A stretch of 32,000 nt of DNA, taken from Cylindrospermopsis raciborskii Cr2010. GTDB lineage: Bacteria; Cyanobacteriota; Cyanobacteriia; Cyanobacteriales; Nostocaceae. The position numbers were made by a program, and so were the translations under genes. The notes below the pieces were generated by a model. It saw only the letters and a program-made list of their open reading frames with translations, was not told the origin of the DNA and made no database searches. Location: the NCBI RefSeq assembly GCF_003367075.2, contig NZ_CP065936.1:1410001-1442000 (forward strand), given 5' to 3'. Every line of letters begins with the position of its first letter. Position 1 is the first letter of the stretch. Below, one piece after another: positions 1 through 9,790 of the stretch.

Positions 1-611
1 TGTCATCATCCTTGAGCGATGAGCAGTACCGTCAGAAAATGCAGCGTCGTAAACAGATACAAGATCAACGTATAGCGGATGCCATTCCTCAAAAGGGGTT
101 AATTATAGTTAATACTGGTCATGGCAAGGGGAAAACCACTGCTGCTTTGGGTATGATAGTAAGAGCACTGGGACATGGATATAAAGTGGCAATTGTGCAA
201 TTTATTAAAGGTGCTTGGGAACCATCAGAAAAGCGGGTTTTTAGCTCCTGGTCCGATCAACTGGAATTTCATGCCATGGGTGAGGGTTTTACCTGGGAAA
301 CCCAAGACCGGGACAGGGACTTAGATAAGGCTAATGTTGCTTGGGAGAAGTCTTTAGAGTTTATTCGCCATCCTGAGTTTCACTTGGTTTTGTTAGACGA
401 AATTAATATTGCCCTAAAACTTGGTTATTTAAAGGTGGATCAAGTTTTAGCAGGTTTAGCTCAAAAACCCCCTGATAAGCACGTCATTTTAACTGGTCGG
501 GGCGCTCCACCAGCTTTAATTGAAAAAGCGGATTTAGTTACGGAAATGACTCTGATCAAACACCCATTTAAGGATCAAGGAGTTAAAGCTCAACCAGGAA
601 TTGAGTATTAG
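1..611 (+). CDS. cobO: Cob(I)yrinic acid a,c-diamide adenosyltransferase (CobO/BtuR family), likely truncated at the window's 5' edge
   Basis: Walker-A-like GHGKGKTTAALGMIVRALGHG followed by VQFIKG and LVLLDEINIAL. Track ORF starts at TTG 12, but the frame is open to the window edge, so the true start is probably outside. Confidence 0.9.
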   Translation, partial: SSSLSDEQYRQKMQRRKQIQDQRIADAIPQKGLIIVNTGHGKGKTTAALGMIVRALGHGYKVAIVQFIKGAWEPSEKRVFSSWSDQLEFHAMGEGFTWETQDRDRDLDKANVAWEKSLEFIRHPEFHLVLLDEINIALKLGYLKVDQVLAGLAQKPPDKHVILTGRGAPPALIEKADLVTEMTLIKHPFKDQGVKAQPGIEY

Positions 612-642
612 TGGTGACAGAAATTCTAAATTTAGACCGTCT

Positions 643-675
643 CGTAGGTTGGGTTGAGGAACGAAACCCAACAAA
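643..675. repeat. 33-nt palindromic repeat cgtaggttgggttgaggaacgaaacccaacaaa (GTTGGGTT/AACCCAAC stem)
   Basis: Same 33-nt string occurs at 25044, 25540 and 25757. Related sequences occur at about 6308, 9369 and 18179. Confidence 0.85.
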
Positions 676-755
676 TTATGATGATAATTAATTTTCCAGA
701 TCGCCCAACCTGCATTCCTGCATTATTTATAATTGCTGGTTTGGCGGTGTGTCAA

Positions 756-2279
756 CTAGCATTTGTGCAATTTTGCCAGTAAAATGATGATTTCATCCAT
801 TGCTTTCCTGACTGCTGATGGGTGTTGTGATTGATTAACTATCATGCTAAACACTAAATCATCATAATTGGGAACATTAATATATCCAGATAGAGAAATT
901 ACACCAGTCATGGAACCTGTTTTTCCTTGAACTATTCCCCAAGCAGGAGTTTTTAAAAACCGATTTTTTAGGGTACCATTCATACCACCGGTAGCTAGGG
1001 ATGCACGAAACAGATTGCCATCAGGTGATTTTGCCATCACCTGTAATATTTTTACCAATGCTTCTGGACTAATTAGGTTCTTGCGAGATAGTCCAGAACC
1101 ATCCACAATCATATAAGTATTAGGTTCTATTCCCCATTCACTCAGGGTAGTTTTTAGTATTTTTAAGCCTTGGTTTACAGTGGTTTCATTTTTGTTAGTT
1201 GATTCACTATTACCTAAATGTCTGAGTAAAGATTCGGCGTAGAGATTATTACTATTCCTATTCACTTCTTTGAGTAAATCTGGCAAGGTAAGGGATTCAA
1301 CGACAGCTATTTCTGGCTTTTGTTCAGCTATTTTATAGTGTTGGTATTCAAAAATAGGTTGAATTTCCTTAACGTTTATCCCTACTTTTTCCCAGGTCAA
1401 ACGCAAGTTTTTTAAGAAGTTATCTATGGGGTCAATAACTGATAACCCTATGGTTTGAGAAGGGGAATTAATAGGCAGTTTGCCATCAATCTTTAATACT
1501 TGACCTTTTAGATCTCTGGTGACTTGGAAAAATCTCGACTCATTTTCAGCAACAGTGATAGAATTATTTTCTATTCCACTATATAATTCCATATCGTTAG
1601 ACCAAGTAATGTTTAATTTTTCTCCTATCTTGTTGGGAGATAAAGTCAAAATTCCAGTATTTTCATTGACCATTAAACTATTGACTGGGGCACCATAATC
1701 AGCTTGTATATCTTCCCATTGCCAACTGGCATCAATGTATTCTCCTTGAAAGTAACTATCATCCACAATTAGCTTGTTAATTGACCGAATTCCCCGTTGC
1801 TGCAATTTCTGAGCTAGGGCGGTTAATTGGGCATTATTAAAACTGGGATCTCCTCTACCAACTAAATAAAAATTACCTTCATCTCCTTGATGAATTGAGG
1901 TACGAATGCGAAAGTCTTTGCCCAGTTTTTGCCATGCTGCTGCTGCAGTTAATATTTTGGTGGTAGATGCAGGAATAAAATACTTTTGGGCATCCCGACT
2001 GTAAAGAATTTGGTCAGATGATAGGTTTTTAATCAAAATTCCCCACCTCATTCTTTCAAATGTAGGAGAATTGATTATCTTCTCTATGGAAGATGGTATT
2101 TGAGATGCGCAAGTGTGCTTTAATTCTTCTTCAGTATCTAATCTGGGTGTTTGCCCTACTACAATCGGCTGTTTAATAATAGTGTTAATACTGATAATTA
2201 CAATTATTAGTATTATATAAGCAGTAATATGTCTACCAGTATGCTTAAACTTTTTTTGCTTTTTCTTCATTATAATCAA
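756..2279 (-). CDS. dacB: D-alanyl-D-alanine carboxypeptidase/endopeptidase, PBP4 (S13) family
   Basis: SxxK motif in FIPASTTKILTAAAA, SNNLYAE (SxN-like), KTG in VQGKTGSM; N-terminal membrane/signal segment. Confidence 0.88.
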   Translation of the reverse strand: MIIMKKKQKKFKHTGRHITAYIILIIVIISINTIIKQPIVVGQTPRLDTEEELKHTCASQIPSSIEKIINSPTFERMRWGILIKNLSSDQILYSRDAQKYFIPASTTKILTAAAAWQKLGKDFRIRTSIHQGDEGNFYLVGRGDPSFNNAQLTALAQKLQQRGIRSINKLIVDDSYFQGEYIDASWQWEDIQADYGAPVNSLMVNENTGILTLSPNKIGEKLNITWSNDMELYSGIENNSITVAENESRFFQVTRDLKGQVLKIDGKLPINSPSQTIGLSVIDPIDNFLKNLRLTWEKVGINVKEIQPIFEYQHYKIAEQKPEIAVVESLTLPDLLKEVNRNSNNLYAESLLRHLGNSESTNKNETTVNQGLKILKTTLSEWGIEPNTYMIVDGSGLSRKNLISPEALVKILQVMAKSPDGNLFRASLATGGMNGTLKNRFLKTPAWGIVQGKTGSMTGVISLSGYINVPNYDDLVFSMIVNQSQHPSAVRKAMDEIIILLAKLHKC

Positions 2280-2343
2280 TTAACAATTAATTAAACAGAT
2301 GATGTTGAGTTTAATTCCTAAACCTAACCTACTTTCTTTGCTG

Positions 2344-3906
2344 CTACACGAAGAAAGCAGTGAGGTGTTTCCCCTGGTGATCAATCTCCCGTATATCGTA
2401 GGTTTTGTTACTGTTGAAGTTAAAAATGAGTATATATCCCTCATTTAGTCCGTAGGATTCCAGGTAGCTGCAAAGCTGCTCAATCCCATCCTGAAGACGC
2501 TTTTCACCGTACCAAATTTTCAGTTCAATCACGTAGCGCTGGTTTCTGTAGGTGACAACCAGATCCATCCTACGGTTTTCCGCGACCACATTTTCCTTGA
2601 ACATGTATCCATTACCGTTGATAATCGGACGGAAGAAAGACATGAGTAACATACGCCCGTTCTTCTCCAGGAAATCGTTGTCCCAAGAGGAATGATGCTC
2701 CCGCATAAACCACTGGAACCTTTCCAAAATCAAGCTGACCTGGAGCTTACCGTCGCTTATAAAGCTGCTATCTCGGTATCTATCAAGATGTTCATGGGCG
2801 GTTTCCCGTTTAGAAATAAAATAGCTGATAATTCTGAACTCGTAGATTTTGTTGGCGATGTCGCATCTACCTACTGAATTGTTCTTGATAATACCATAGG
2901 TCGCCCCCAGATCAATCAAGGGATTACCCCGGTCAAAGACTAAATCCTCCCCATCAATAGCTATTGCCCGAATTAACTGGGAAAAGTCGGGATTATTTTC
3001 AAGATTCTTGTACACATCATTAAAATTAGTGGTGGAGTAGGATACATCCACTAAATGCCTATAAGCATCCTCAATATCATTAACTGACCAAGGTCGCTGG
3101 TTCTGGTGCATCTCGTCAACCACCTGGCACATCTTGCTAACGAGGAAGGGATTGCCACTGGTATAATAAAACAGAAGGCGAGCCAAAACAGGGCAGTCCA
3201 TTTTAAATCCATGATCATTTGCGTATTCCGCGAGCATTGGCTCAATTTCCTCCTGGCTGAAGGTGAAGTCAATATCCACGTCCACAGCAATGTTCCAGGG
3301 GCTATTCAGTTTACGTTCTTCATCCCGATCGAGCTTCAACTTTAAGGTCTTCACATCGTGGACTCCGATCAGGACCACCGAGTGGAAGGTAGCATCCCTA
3401 CCTTGTGCTGTTGCTAGGTATTTATCCCGCAACATGGCTAGGAAACTGATGAATACCTGATTATTGCTGGCTTTGTCAATTTCGTCTAGGAGCAGGACAA
3501 TTTTTAGTCTGGATTCCCTAACCCAGTCACTGACAAATCTTGAAAGCTGTTTGAAGCTGTTGATTTGCCCGGACTTAACTTCAAGCCATTCAGCGAGTTC
3601 TGGATTGTTGAAGAACAAACCTTTGGCTAAAACTGCGGGGACTACCGATGCCATCTGCTCTTCGCTTTGGAATGGTAGGTCGCCAATACCCTCGAAACTG
3701 GTACTGATCACCAGATATTCTTCCACCCCCTGAAAACTTTTTTCCAGGAGATGCTGCATGGTGGTTTTTCCGTATTGCCTCGGAAAGTTAATGGCAAAAT
3801 ATTTACCACTTTCGATTAGATGGCGACATCTATTGAATTTAGTGGTTACGTCGCACATGTAGTGCTTTTTAGGTAAGCAAATACCTACTGTGTTGAACTC
3901 TTTCAT
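2344..3906 (-). CDS. AAA-like ATPase with C-terminal PD-(D/E)XK nuclease-like domain
   Basis: P-loop FPRQYGKTT, Walker B ILLLDEIDK, C-terminal RRMDLVVTYRNQRYVIELKIWYG...GIEQLCSYLESYGLNEGYILIF resembling the D...ExK core. Confidence 0.8.
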   Translation of the reverse strand: MKEFNTVGICLPKKHYMCDVTTKFNRCRHLIESGKYFAINFPRQYGKTTMQHLLEKSFQGVEEYLVISTSFEGIGDLPFQSEEQMASVVPAVLAKGLFFNNPELAEWLEVKSGQINSFKQLSRFVSDWVRESRLKIVLLLDEIDKASNNQVFISFLAMLRDKYLATAQGRDATFHSVVLIGVHDVKTLKLKLDRDEERKLNSPWNIAVDVDIDFTFSQEEIEPMLAEYANDHGFKMDCPVLARLLFYYTSGNPFLVSKMCQVVDEMHQNQRPWSVNDIEDAYRHLVDVSYSTTNFNDVYKNLENNPDFSQLIRAIAIDGEDLVFDRGNPLIDLGATYGIIKNNSVGRCDIANKIYEFRIISYFISKRETAHEHLDRYRDSSFISDGKLQVSLILERFQWFMREHHSSWDNDFLEKNGRMLLMSFFRPIINGNGYMFKENVVAENRRMDLVVTYRNQRYVIELKIWYGEKRLQDGIEQLCSYLESYGLNEGYILIFNFNSNKTYDIREIDHQGKHLTAFFV

Positions 3907-4011
3907 CCTCCAACTTATTAGAGGTGTTAAAATATGATAGTCATTCTACCACTTTTCTTGACCAATGGCTAATTTTCTGCTAGATCATCGAGTACTATTC
4001 CTCTACTTAAT

Positions 4012-4851
4012 ATGAGTCACACCCGCAAAACACTGTCAATACCTAATATGGAAATTTCCTATTTGGAATGGAGTCAGGGTCATGAACCTTTACTACTACT
4101 CCACGGGATGGCTGATAATGCCCTGGTTTGGTTAAGTTTGGGCGATTATTTGTCCCCAAATTACCATGTTATAGCTCCCGATATGCGTGGTCATGGTAAC
4201 AGCAGTAAACCGGAAACAGATTATTCCTTTACAAGTGCGATCGCTGATTTGGAAGCCTTAATGAATAGTCTTGGTTGGTTGAGTGCTAATGTAGTTAGTC
4301 ACTCTTGGACAGGTAAACTAGCAGCTATTTGGGCTAGGCAAAATCCAGGGAGGTTAAAAACTATGACTTTAGTAGACCCGATTTTTATTTGGAAGATGCC
4401 TAGGGTACTTAAATTAATCTTTCCTTTGTTGTATAACGTATTACCATCTTTACAAACTATGGGTCCATTTAGCAGTTATGAAGCAGCTGAGGAGAAAATC
4501 AAAAAACTGGTTCACTTTCGAGAATGGAATGATTTGCAACAACAAGTTTTTCAAGGGGGAATAGAGCAAAAACCGGATGGCACGTGGGGTAGTAAATTTA
4601 CCGTGGCCGCTCGTGACGGAATTTTTGATGCAGTATTAGAAGTAGCTGGTTTTATTCACCCCGTGGAAATACCCACCCTGTTTGTTCAACCTGAAAAAGG
4701 AGTGAATCGCCAAGATTGGCAAATCAAACCTTATAAAGACAACCTTAAAAACCTCACCTGGAAAAAGATCCCAGGAACCCATTGGCCGTTTCTAAGTAAC
4801 CCAGAAGAATTTAATCTTACTATAGCTGAATTCTTAGCACAATCAATATAG
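4012..4851 (+). CDS. Alpha/beta hydrolase
   Basis: LLLHGMADNALVW, DMRGHGNS, nucleophile-elbow-like VVSHSWTGKLAA, late His in GTHWPF. Confidence 0.88.
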   Translation: MSHTRKTLSIPNMEISYLEWSQGHEPLLLLHGMADNALVWLSLGDYLSPNYHVIAPDMRGHGNSSKPETDYSFTSAIADLEALMNSLGWLSANVVSHSWTGKLAAIWARQNPGRLKTMTLVDPIFIWKMPRVLKLIFPLLYNVLPSLQTMGPFSSYEAAEEKIKKLVHFREWNDLQQQVFQGGIEQKPDGTWGSKFTVAARDGIFDAVLEVAGFIHPVEIPTLFVQPEKGVNRQDWQIKPYKDNLKNLTWKKIPGTHWPFLSNPEEFNLTIAEFLAQSI

Positions 4852-4902
4852 CTTGATTTAGTCTCATTCTATTTTAACTTATATTTAACTTGTATTTAAA
4901 CT

Positions 4903-6063
4903 ATGAGTCTTTGCATAAACCCTGTTTGTCCCCAACCAAAGCATCCAGATAACGATAGAAACTACTTTTGTCAAAGTTGTGGTTCCCCATTGGAATTATT
5001 AGGAACTTATCGGGTAGTACGTTTATTAAGTGATCACACTGGATTCAGTAAAGTTTATGAGGTCTATCAACAAGACATACTAAAAATACTTAAAGTGCTG
5101 AAACAACAAGTATCTAATGATGACGAAGCCAAAAAAGTATTTGAACAAGAAATGAGTGATCTAGGCCAATTGGAACAAAATGATATGGCACCAGAGTATT
5201 TTACCCATCAAACCAGCACAGGGATGACCCTTCACTGTATGGTTGTGGAAAAAAATGTGATGGGCGGTTTAAATACACAAATAGTCACAGAAACAAACAC
5301 CAAACAAAACCTGGGTCAAAATTCAGAAAAGCCATTGGCAAAACTACCACTAGTAGCATTACTTTGGGCATTACTTTGTTCATTGTTTTTGCTGTGGTTA
5401 GTAGCATTTACCAATAGGGATAATAGATTTGTGGTTTTTCCCTCCGACTATGGACAATTACCGATTAAAAAGGGGGAAGTAGACTACTTTGCATACGAAG
5501 AGGGTCAAGACAGTCAAGGTAGAGTAGCAGAATTCAATATAGCAGTTTTATCAGTAGAATATAAATGGCAGTTGGGTAGTACCTATCAGATTAAGTATAA
5601 TAATGAAACAATTAATCTTGAATCCTTAAAATCCAGATTACAAGAGGAAGGGATACAAACAATCATGGAAGATCCCAGTGAGATTATTTCCGTAGGGACA
5701 GCTTCCTGTGAAGGTGATATAAAATCGGAACAGAGTCGTGCTTTGGAAAGATCCAAGCAAATTCAGTTATTGGTGAAAAAACTCTTTAGTGATAGCTTGA
5801 GTGTTAAAGCCTATAGACTATTGAATCTTGGACAATTTCAAAGAAAAGATTGTCAGAGTGATCAAGATTTAACTGCATATCAAAGGAGCATTATTATTAT
5901 TGGGGTAAAGAAACAAGATGAGGGAGTTATTTTAGATGAGGCCTTGAGAGACAGACTAGAGAAAAAACCTTTTGCAGATTTTAAATTAGAGGATTATTCT
6001 TTGGGAGGGGTGGATATCTTTAAAACTATCTCTAGTAATTTGCAGTTGGGAGACGGTTTTTAA
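4903..6063 (+). CDS. 4-Cys prefix protein with kinase N-lobe remnant, transmembrane segment and C-terminal domain; no kinase catalytic lobe
   Basis: CINPVCPQP...YFCQSCGSPL zinc ribbon, TGFSKVYEV...ILKVLKQQ...EQEMSDLGQL N-lobe-like, TM LVALLWALLCSLFLLWLVAF. No HRD or DFG seen. Confidence 0.7.
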   Translation: MSLCINPVCPQPKHPDNDRNYFCQSCGSPLELLGTYRVVRLLSDHTGFSKVYEVYQQDILKILKVLKQQVSNDDEAKKVFEQEMSDLGQLEQNDMAPEYFTHQTSTGMTLHCMVVEKNVMGGLNTQIVTETNTKQNLGQNSEKPLAKLPLVALLWALLCSLFLLWLVAFTNRDNRFVVFPSDYGQLPIKKGEVDYFAYEEGQDSQGRVAEFNIAVLSVEYKWQLGSTYQIKYNNETINLESLKSRLQEEGIQTIMEDPSEIISVGTASCEGDIKSEQSRALERSKQIQLLVKKLFSDSLSVKAYRLLNLGQFQRKDCQSDQDLTAYQRSIIIIGVKKQDEGVILDEALRDRLEKKPFADFKLEDYSLGGVDIFKTISSNLQLGDGF

Positions 6064-6307
6064 AAACTGTAGATGGCAAATTATACCAATAGAGAATTTG
6101 TAGACAAAATTTATCTATCTAAAGAGAGACTGGTTTTGTATCCAATCAAGACTATATATTAAATAGCCCGATTACCCTACCGGACTTTAGCTCCAAACCT
6201 CCTCTTGCAATTTTAATTTGTTTCATAATTACATAATTAAAAGTTTCAAGAGGGGGCTTTATTCTGATTTTCTGGGCATTGCTATAGAGACTAAGTAGGG
6301 AGGCACA

Positions 6308-6409
6308 ATTATTTGTAGGATGGGTCGAGTAACGAGACCCATGGGGGTGTTGGGTTTCATACTTCAACCCAACCTACGTTCATCTTATATTTAATTCCAT
6401 CCACCTACT
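6308..6409 (+). repeat. About 100-bp dispersed MITE-like repeat, copy 1
   Basis: attatttgtaggatgggt...gatgggggtgttgggtttcatacttcaacccaacctacgttcatcttatatttaattcca.ccacctact is shared with about 18179-18282 and, inverted, 9369-9440. Confidence 0.85.
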
Positions 6410-6411
6410 GA

Positions 6412-7284
6412 TTAGGGATTACAATATGGACATAATCCAGGATCGGCAAAAAATTTACCATCGGGATATAACTTCTCTTCTATAAAATTACACTTTTGAC
6501 ATTGGTAAATTACTCCCATAGTTAATGAGGTAGGTTGACCACAACTTTCACATGGTAAACCTTGAGTTCTGTCGGTAATACTAAATCCAGGTGTACCACA
6601 TTGAGGACAACAACTGTAAATTTTTTCCACCAAATCCTGAGTAGCTTTTGCAATGTTGTTCATGCGGGTGGGATTATAAAGCGCTCGCATATCAGTCTCT
6701 ATATGTAAATTACCATGGGGAGAATTATTTAAGGCAAAATTTACAGATTCATATAGCTGTTCTTGAGTGGTGATACCTTTAATAATTTCAGTATCTTGCC
6801 CATTGGAAGATTCAAACCAAACCACTAAACCATGGTCAGGAAAACCAACTTTAGCAGCAAATTTTTGTGCTGCTTCAAAACTATTGATCACCAAATGATT
6901 AAAATTAGTCTCTGTGGAAAACACCTCTCCCACAATTTGTAAGTCATTTTGTTGATCTAAAAGTAATACAATTTCTCTATTGGCATAAATATAAGGAAAA
7001 TTAGGATGAGGCACAAAACTACCCTCACTTCCTATACCTATAGTTTCCCCAGTCATTTCCATTGCTTTTTTGGCTTTTAATTTAGCTGTGACTATTTGGG
7101 TATCTGGACGTTTTATATCTCTGGTAAACGTACCAAATTGATCGGTATTAAAGTTTGGGGGAACGACAACTTCTAGCCCCAGTTGCTTTTTTAATAATGG
7201 AGCAATGACATTTTCTTTATGGTGCATGGTTGCCAAAACGGCTACCCGATTGATAAATAAACTATTTAATAATTCTTGGGACAT
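6412..7284 (-). CDS. Conserved protein with C-terminal zinc ribbons (DUF6671-like)
   Basis: Long ORF; C-terminal CPQCG...CESCG...CQKC...CPYC motifs and an N-terminal ATMHHKE segment. Confidence 0.7.
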   Translation of the reverse strand: MSQELLNSLFINRVAVLATMHHKENVIAPLLKKQLGLEVVVPPNFNTDQFGTFTRDIKRPDTQIVTAKLKAKKAMEMTGETIGIGSEGSFVPHPNFPYIYANREIVLLLDQQNDLQIVGEVFSTETNFNHLVINSFEAAQKFAAKVGFPDHGLVVWFESSNGQDTEIIKGITTQEQLYESVNFALNNSPHGNLHIETDMRALYNPTRMNNIAKATQDLVEKIYSCCPQCGTPGFSITDRTQGLPCESCGQPTSLTMGVIYQCQKCNFIEEKLYPDGKFFADPGLCPYCNP

Positions 7285-7337
7285 ATTACTTTAGATGATT
7301 TCATTACTCCCCATTTCCCCCCTTTTTCTACCTCAGT

Positions 7338-7949
7338 CTAATTTTGGACTTGGGGAATCTGATCAGTTGGATTGTTTTGATTAACTTGATTCATTTGCAC
7401 TAGTAACTTTTCTTTATTTCGTCTGCGAATTTTGGCATATATCTGAATACTAGCAGCCATCAAAATCACTAATCCAAAAATTACCCAAGCAGTAATATCA
7501 GTGGGGAGATTATTTTTGAAAATAGCCAACATGACAATAATAACTAGTAGCAAAGTTGGTGCTTCATTTAAAGCTCTTAGTTGCTGTCCACTCCATTTGC
7601 ACTCATTTGCAGCCAACTGTTTCATCAATCTACCACAGTAATGATGATAAACTAATAAAATACCTACAAACCCCAACTTGAAATGCAACCAGGTTTCGTG
7701 AAATAGATCAAGATTGGTATAAAGAATGCCACCCGCCATAGCTAAGGTGACGATCATTCCGGGGATGGTGATGATATGATAAAGACGTTTTTCCATGATT
7801 TCATACTGATTTTTCAGTATGGTCTTAGCCGGTTCAGGTTCTTGATTGGCCTCAGCGTGGTAGATAAACAACCGTACTAGATAAAATAAACCAGCAAACC
7901 AGACTACAAACCCAACAATATGAAATGCTTTAAACCAATAATAAGCCAT
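7338..7949 (-). CDS. hemJ: Protoporphyrinogen oxidase HemJ
   Basis: MAYYWFKAFHIVGFVVWFAGLFYLVRLFIYHAEA and MEKRLYHIITIPGM, characteristic of the HemJ membrane family. Confidence 0.92.
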   Translation of the reverse strand: MAYYWFKAFHIVGFVVWFAGLFYLVRLFIYHAEANQEPEPAKTILKNQYEIMEKRLYHIITIPGMIVTLAMAGGILYTNLDLFHETWLHFKLGFVGILLVYHHYCGRLMKQLAANECKWSGQQLRALNEAPTLLLVIIVMLAIFKNNLPTDITAWVIFGLVILMAASIQIYAKIRRRNKEKLLVQMNQVNQNNPTDQIPQVQN

Positions 7950-8015
7950 AAGTTCTCAATCACTCCGATTCAAGTTACAGACAATTGTAGATGATTGTAT
8001 AATTAGTCTACCTGA

Positions 8016-8879
8016 TCAGGATTTTTGTGACTGGGTATTGGTCAAGCGCACAAAGGCTAATAAATCCTGTAAAATCACCTCGTGGTAATGCTCTTGAGGA
8101 TAATGACCCACATTGTTAAGTTTTATGATTTCAACATCGGGTACAGATTGAGCAAAACTCTCCGCCAGTTCTACAGACAACCAAGGATCAATAGCTCCCC
8201 ACTGCACTAAAATCGGTTTTTGCCATTTCTGAAATCCCATTTCGATTTCTTTGGTTACTGCATCCAGTTGTAAGTTTCTAATGGTTGATAACAAGCTCCT
8301 TCCCGAAGCGGAGGTTTTTAAAAACGGTTTTCTATAAATGTCCAAATCTTTGTCTTCGATGCGATAACAGCTACCGCTTTCTAAGGTTCTATCCACTAAT
8401 AAGGGGTCTTGAGTTATTATTTCCCCTGCTATGGGTAAACCCATTTGTCCGATTTTCCATGGAAGTTTGGCACTAGTGCCAATGGGGGTATTTAAAATAA
8501 CAATGTTGGCAATTTTCTCAGGATGACGTAAAGCATATTGAAGTCCCACCGAACCCAAAAACCCCTGCACCACTAAGGAGAATTTTGGTAAATCAATGGC
8601 TTGAACAAAGTCTTCTAGGGCGTGAATAAATGCTTCCGGTGTGTAAGCAAAATCCTGCTTTTCAGGTTTACCTGAAAAACCATAACCAATCCAATCGGGA
8701 GCAATTGCTTTTGTCCCTTGTGCTGCTAATGCTGGTATAATATTTCTCCAGCTGTAACTTTGGGAAACTATACCATGTAGCAATAATACGGGTAATAGAT
8801 TGCTCTTGCCCATGGGTTCAGCTTGTCTATAAAACCATTCTAGTGAGTTTACTGTTATTTTATGTTCTGTTATTGACAT
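8016..8879 (-). CDS. Alpha/beta hydrolase
   Basis: VLLLHGIVSQSYSWRNIIP, DWIGYGFSGKP, VVQGFLGSVG, NNVGHYPQEH. Confidence 0.88.
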   Translation of the reverse strand: MSITEHKITVNSLEWFYRQAEPMGKSNLLPVLLLHGIVSQSYSWRNIIPALAAQGTKAIAPDWIGYGFSGKPEKQDFAYTPEAFIHALEDFVQAIDLPKFSLVVQGFLGSVGLQYALRHPEKIANIVILNTPIGTSAKLPWKIGQMGLPIAGEIITQDPLLVDRTLESGSCYRIEDKDLDIYRKPFLKTSASGRSLLSTIRNLQLDAVTKEIEMGFQKWQKPILVQWGAIDPWLSVELAESFAQSVPDVEIIKLNNVGHYPQEHYHEVILQDLLAFVRLTNTQSQKS

Positions 8880-8901
8880 TTAATTTGAGAATTGGCGAAT
8901 A

Positions 8902-9321
8902 TTATCTGTTTAAAGCTGCAATAATCTGTCCGTTTGCAGCAGGAAATTCAAACTGCTCTAAATCATCTAAATTGACCCAACGGAATTCAGCACACTCTAA
9001 GGTCTGGGGAGTACCATCCAGGTAGTCACAATGATAGACCCTCAAGGTGACCTGCAGGTGGGAATAGGTATGGTCAATGGTTATCAAATGTTCTCTCACG
9101 GCAATTTTAATGCCTAATTCTTCCCTAATCTCCCGCACTATACAATCTTGGATGGTTTCCCCTTCCTCCATTTTCCCACCAGGAAACTCCCATAGATTGG
9201 CCATGGACCCTGTGGGTAACCGACGGTCAATTAAAATTTGTTTTTCCTGATTCCAAATCACCCCAACCCCAATAATTTTATGGGGAAGAATGGTGTTCTG
9301 TTGAGGGTTAGGAGTTGTCAT
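8902..9321 (-). CDS. NUDIX hydrolase (MutT-like)
   Basis: NUDIX box GGKMEEGETIQDCIVREIREELGI. Confidence 0.93.
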   Translation of the reverse strand: MTTPNPQQNTILPHKIIGVGVIWNQEKQILIDRRLPTGSMANLWEFPGGKMEEGETIQDCIVREIREELGIKIAVREHLITIDHTYSHLQVTLRVYHCDYLDGTPQTLECAEFRWVNLDDLEQFEFPAANGQIIAALNR

Positions 9322-9368
9322 ATTTAAAAACTAAAATCTAAAATATAGTAGTTTTTTATTTTGGTTTA

Positions 9369-9440
9369 AGTGGGTGGGTGGAATTAAATATAAGATGAAC
9401 GTAGGTTGGGTTGAAGTATGAAACCCAACGCCCACAGGTG
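9369..9440 (-). repeat. Dispersed MITE-like repeat, copy 2 (inverted, shorter)
   Basis: gtgggtgggtggaattaaatataagatgaacgtaggttgggttgaagtatgaaacccaacgcccac is the reverse complement of the right part of the copies at 6308 and 18179. Confidence 0.82.
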
Positions 9441-9442
9441 TA

Positions 9443-9790
9443 TTATTCCTTGTTGTCGCTTTTACTTGTTTCAGTTTTATCCAGGGACAGATCAAAGTTC
9501 ATCCTCTGCTCCGCATTACGTAAAAAATAACCACTGATCATTGCTGAAGCAAGCAATCTACCCAAGTTTTCCTTACTGGTGGTAATGGCAATTCCAAAGT
9601 GTTCTGAGGGTAAATTACCCAGTAGTCCCACAATGTTGCGCTCCATCACCTGAAATACTTCTGAGGATGTAGGTTTAGACAGTTGATTTACTGCTTCAGG
9701 ACTCAAAGACTTAACGTATTGCCATAAGAGGTTACTGTTCTCAACTTCACCATGAAAAAACTCGGATACTTCCCTAGGTTGGTTACTCAC
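9443..9790 (-). CDS. DUF760-like small cyanobacterial protein
   Basis: LLWQYVKSLSPEAVNQLSKPTSSEVFQVMERNIVGLLGNLPSEHFGIAITTSKENLGRLLASAMISGYFLRNAEQRM. Confidence 0.75.
   Translation of the reverse strand: MSNQPREVSEFFHGEVENSNLLWQYVKSLSPEAVNQLSKPTSSEVFQVMERNIVGLLGNLPSEHFGIAITTSKENLGRLLASAMISGYFLRNAEQRMNFDLSLDKTETSKSDNKE

Noticed and set aside
2692-3733. Several 60-89 aa ORFs overlapping the AAA-ATPase/nuclease gene
   Set aside because: They overlap a long, motif-supported CDS and have no recognisable domains of their own.
6152-6367. 71-aa minus-strand ORF MKYETQHPHGSRYSTHPTNN...
   Set aside because: Its N-terminal part is translated from the dispersed repeat at 6308-6409, so it is most likely noncoding.
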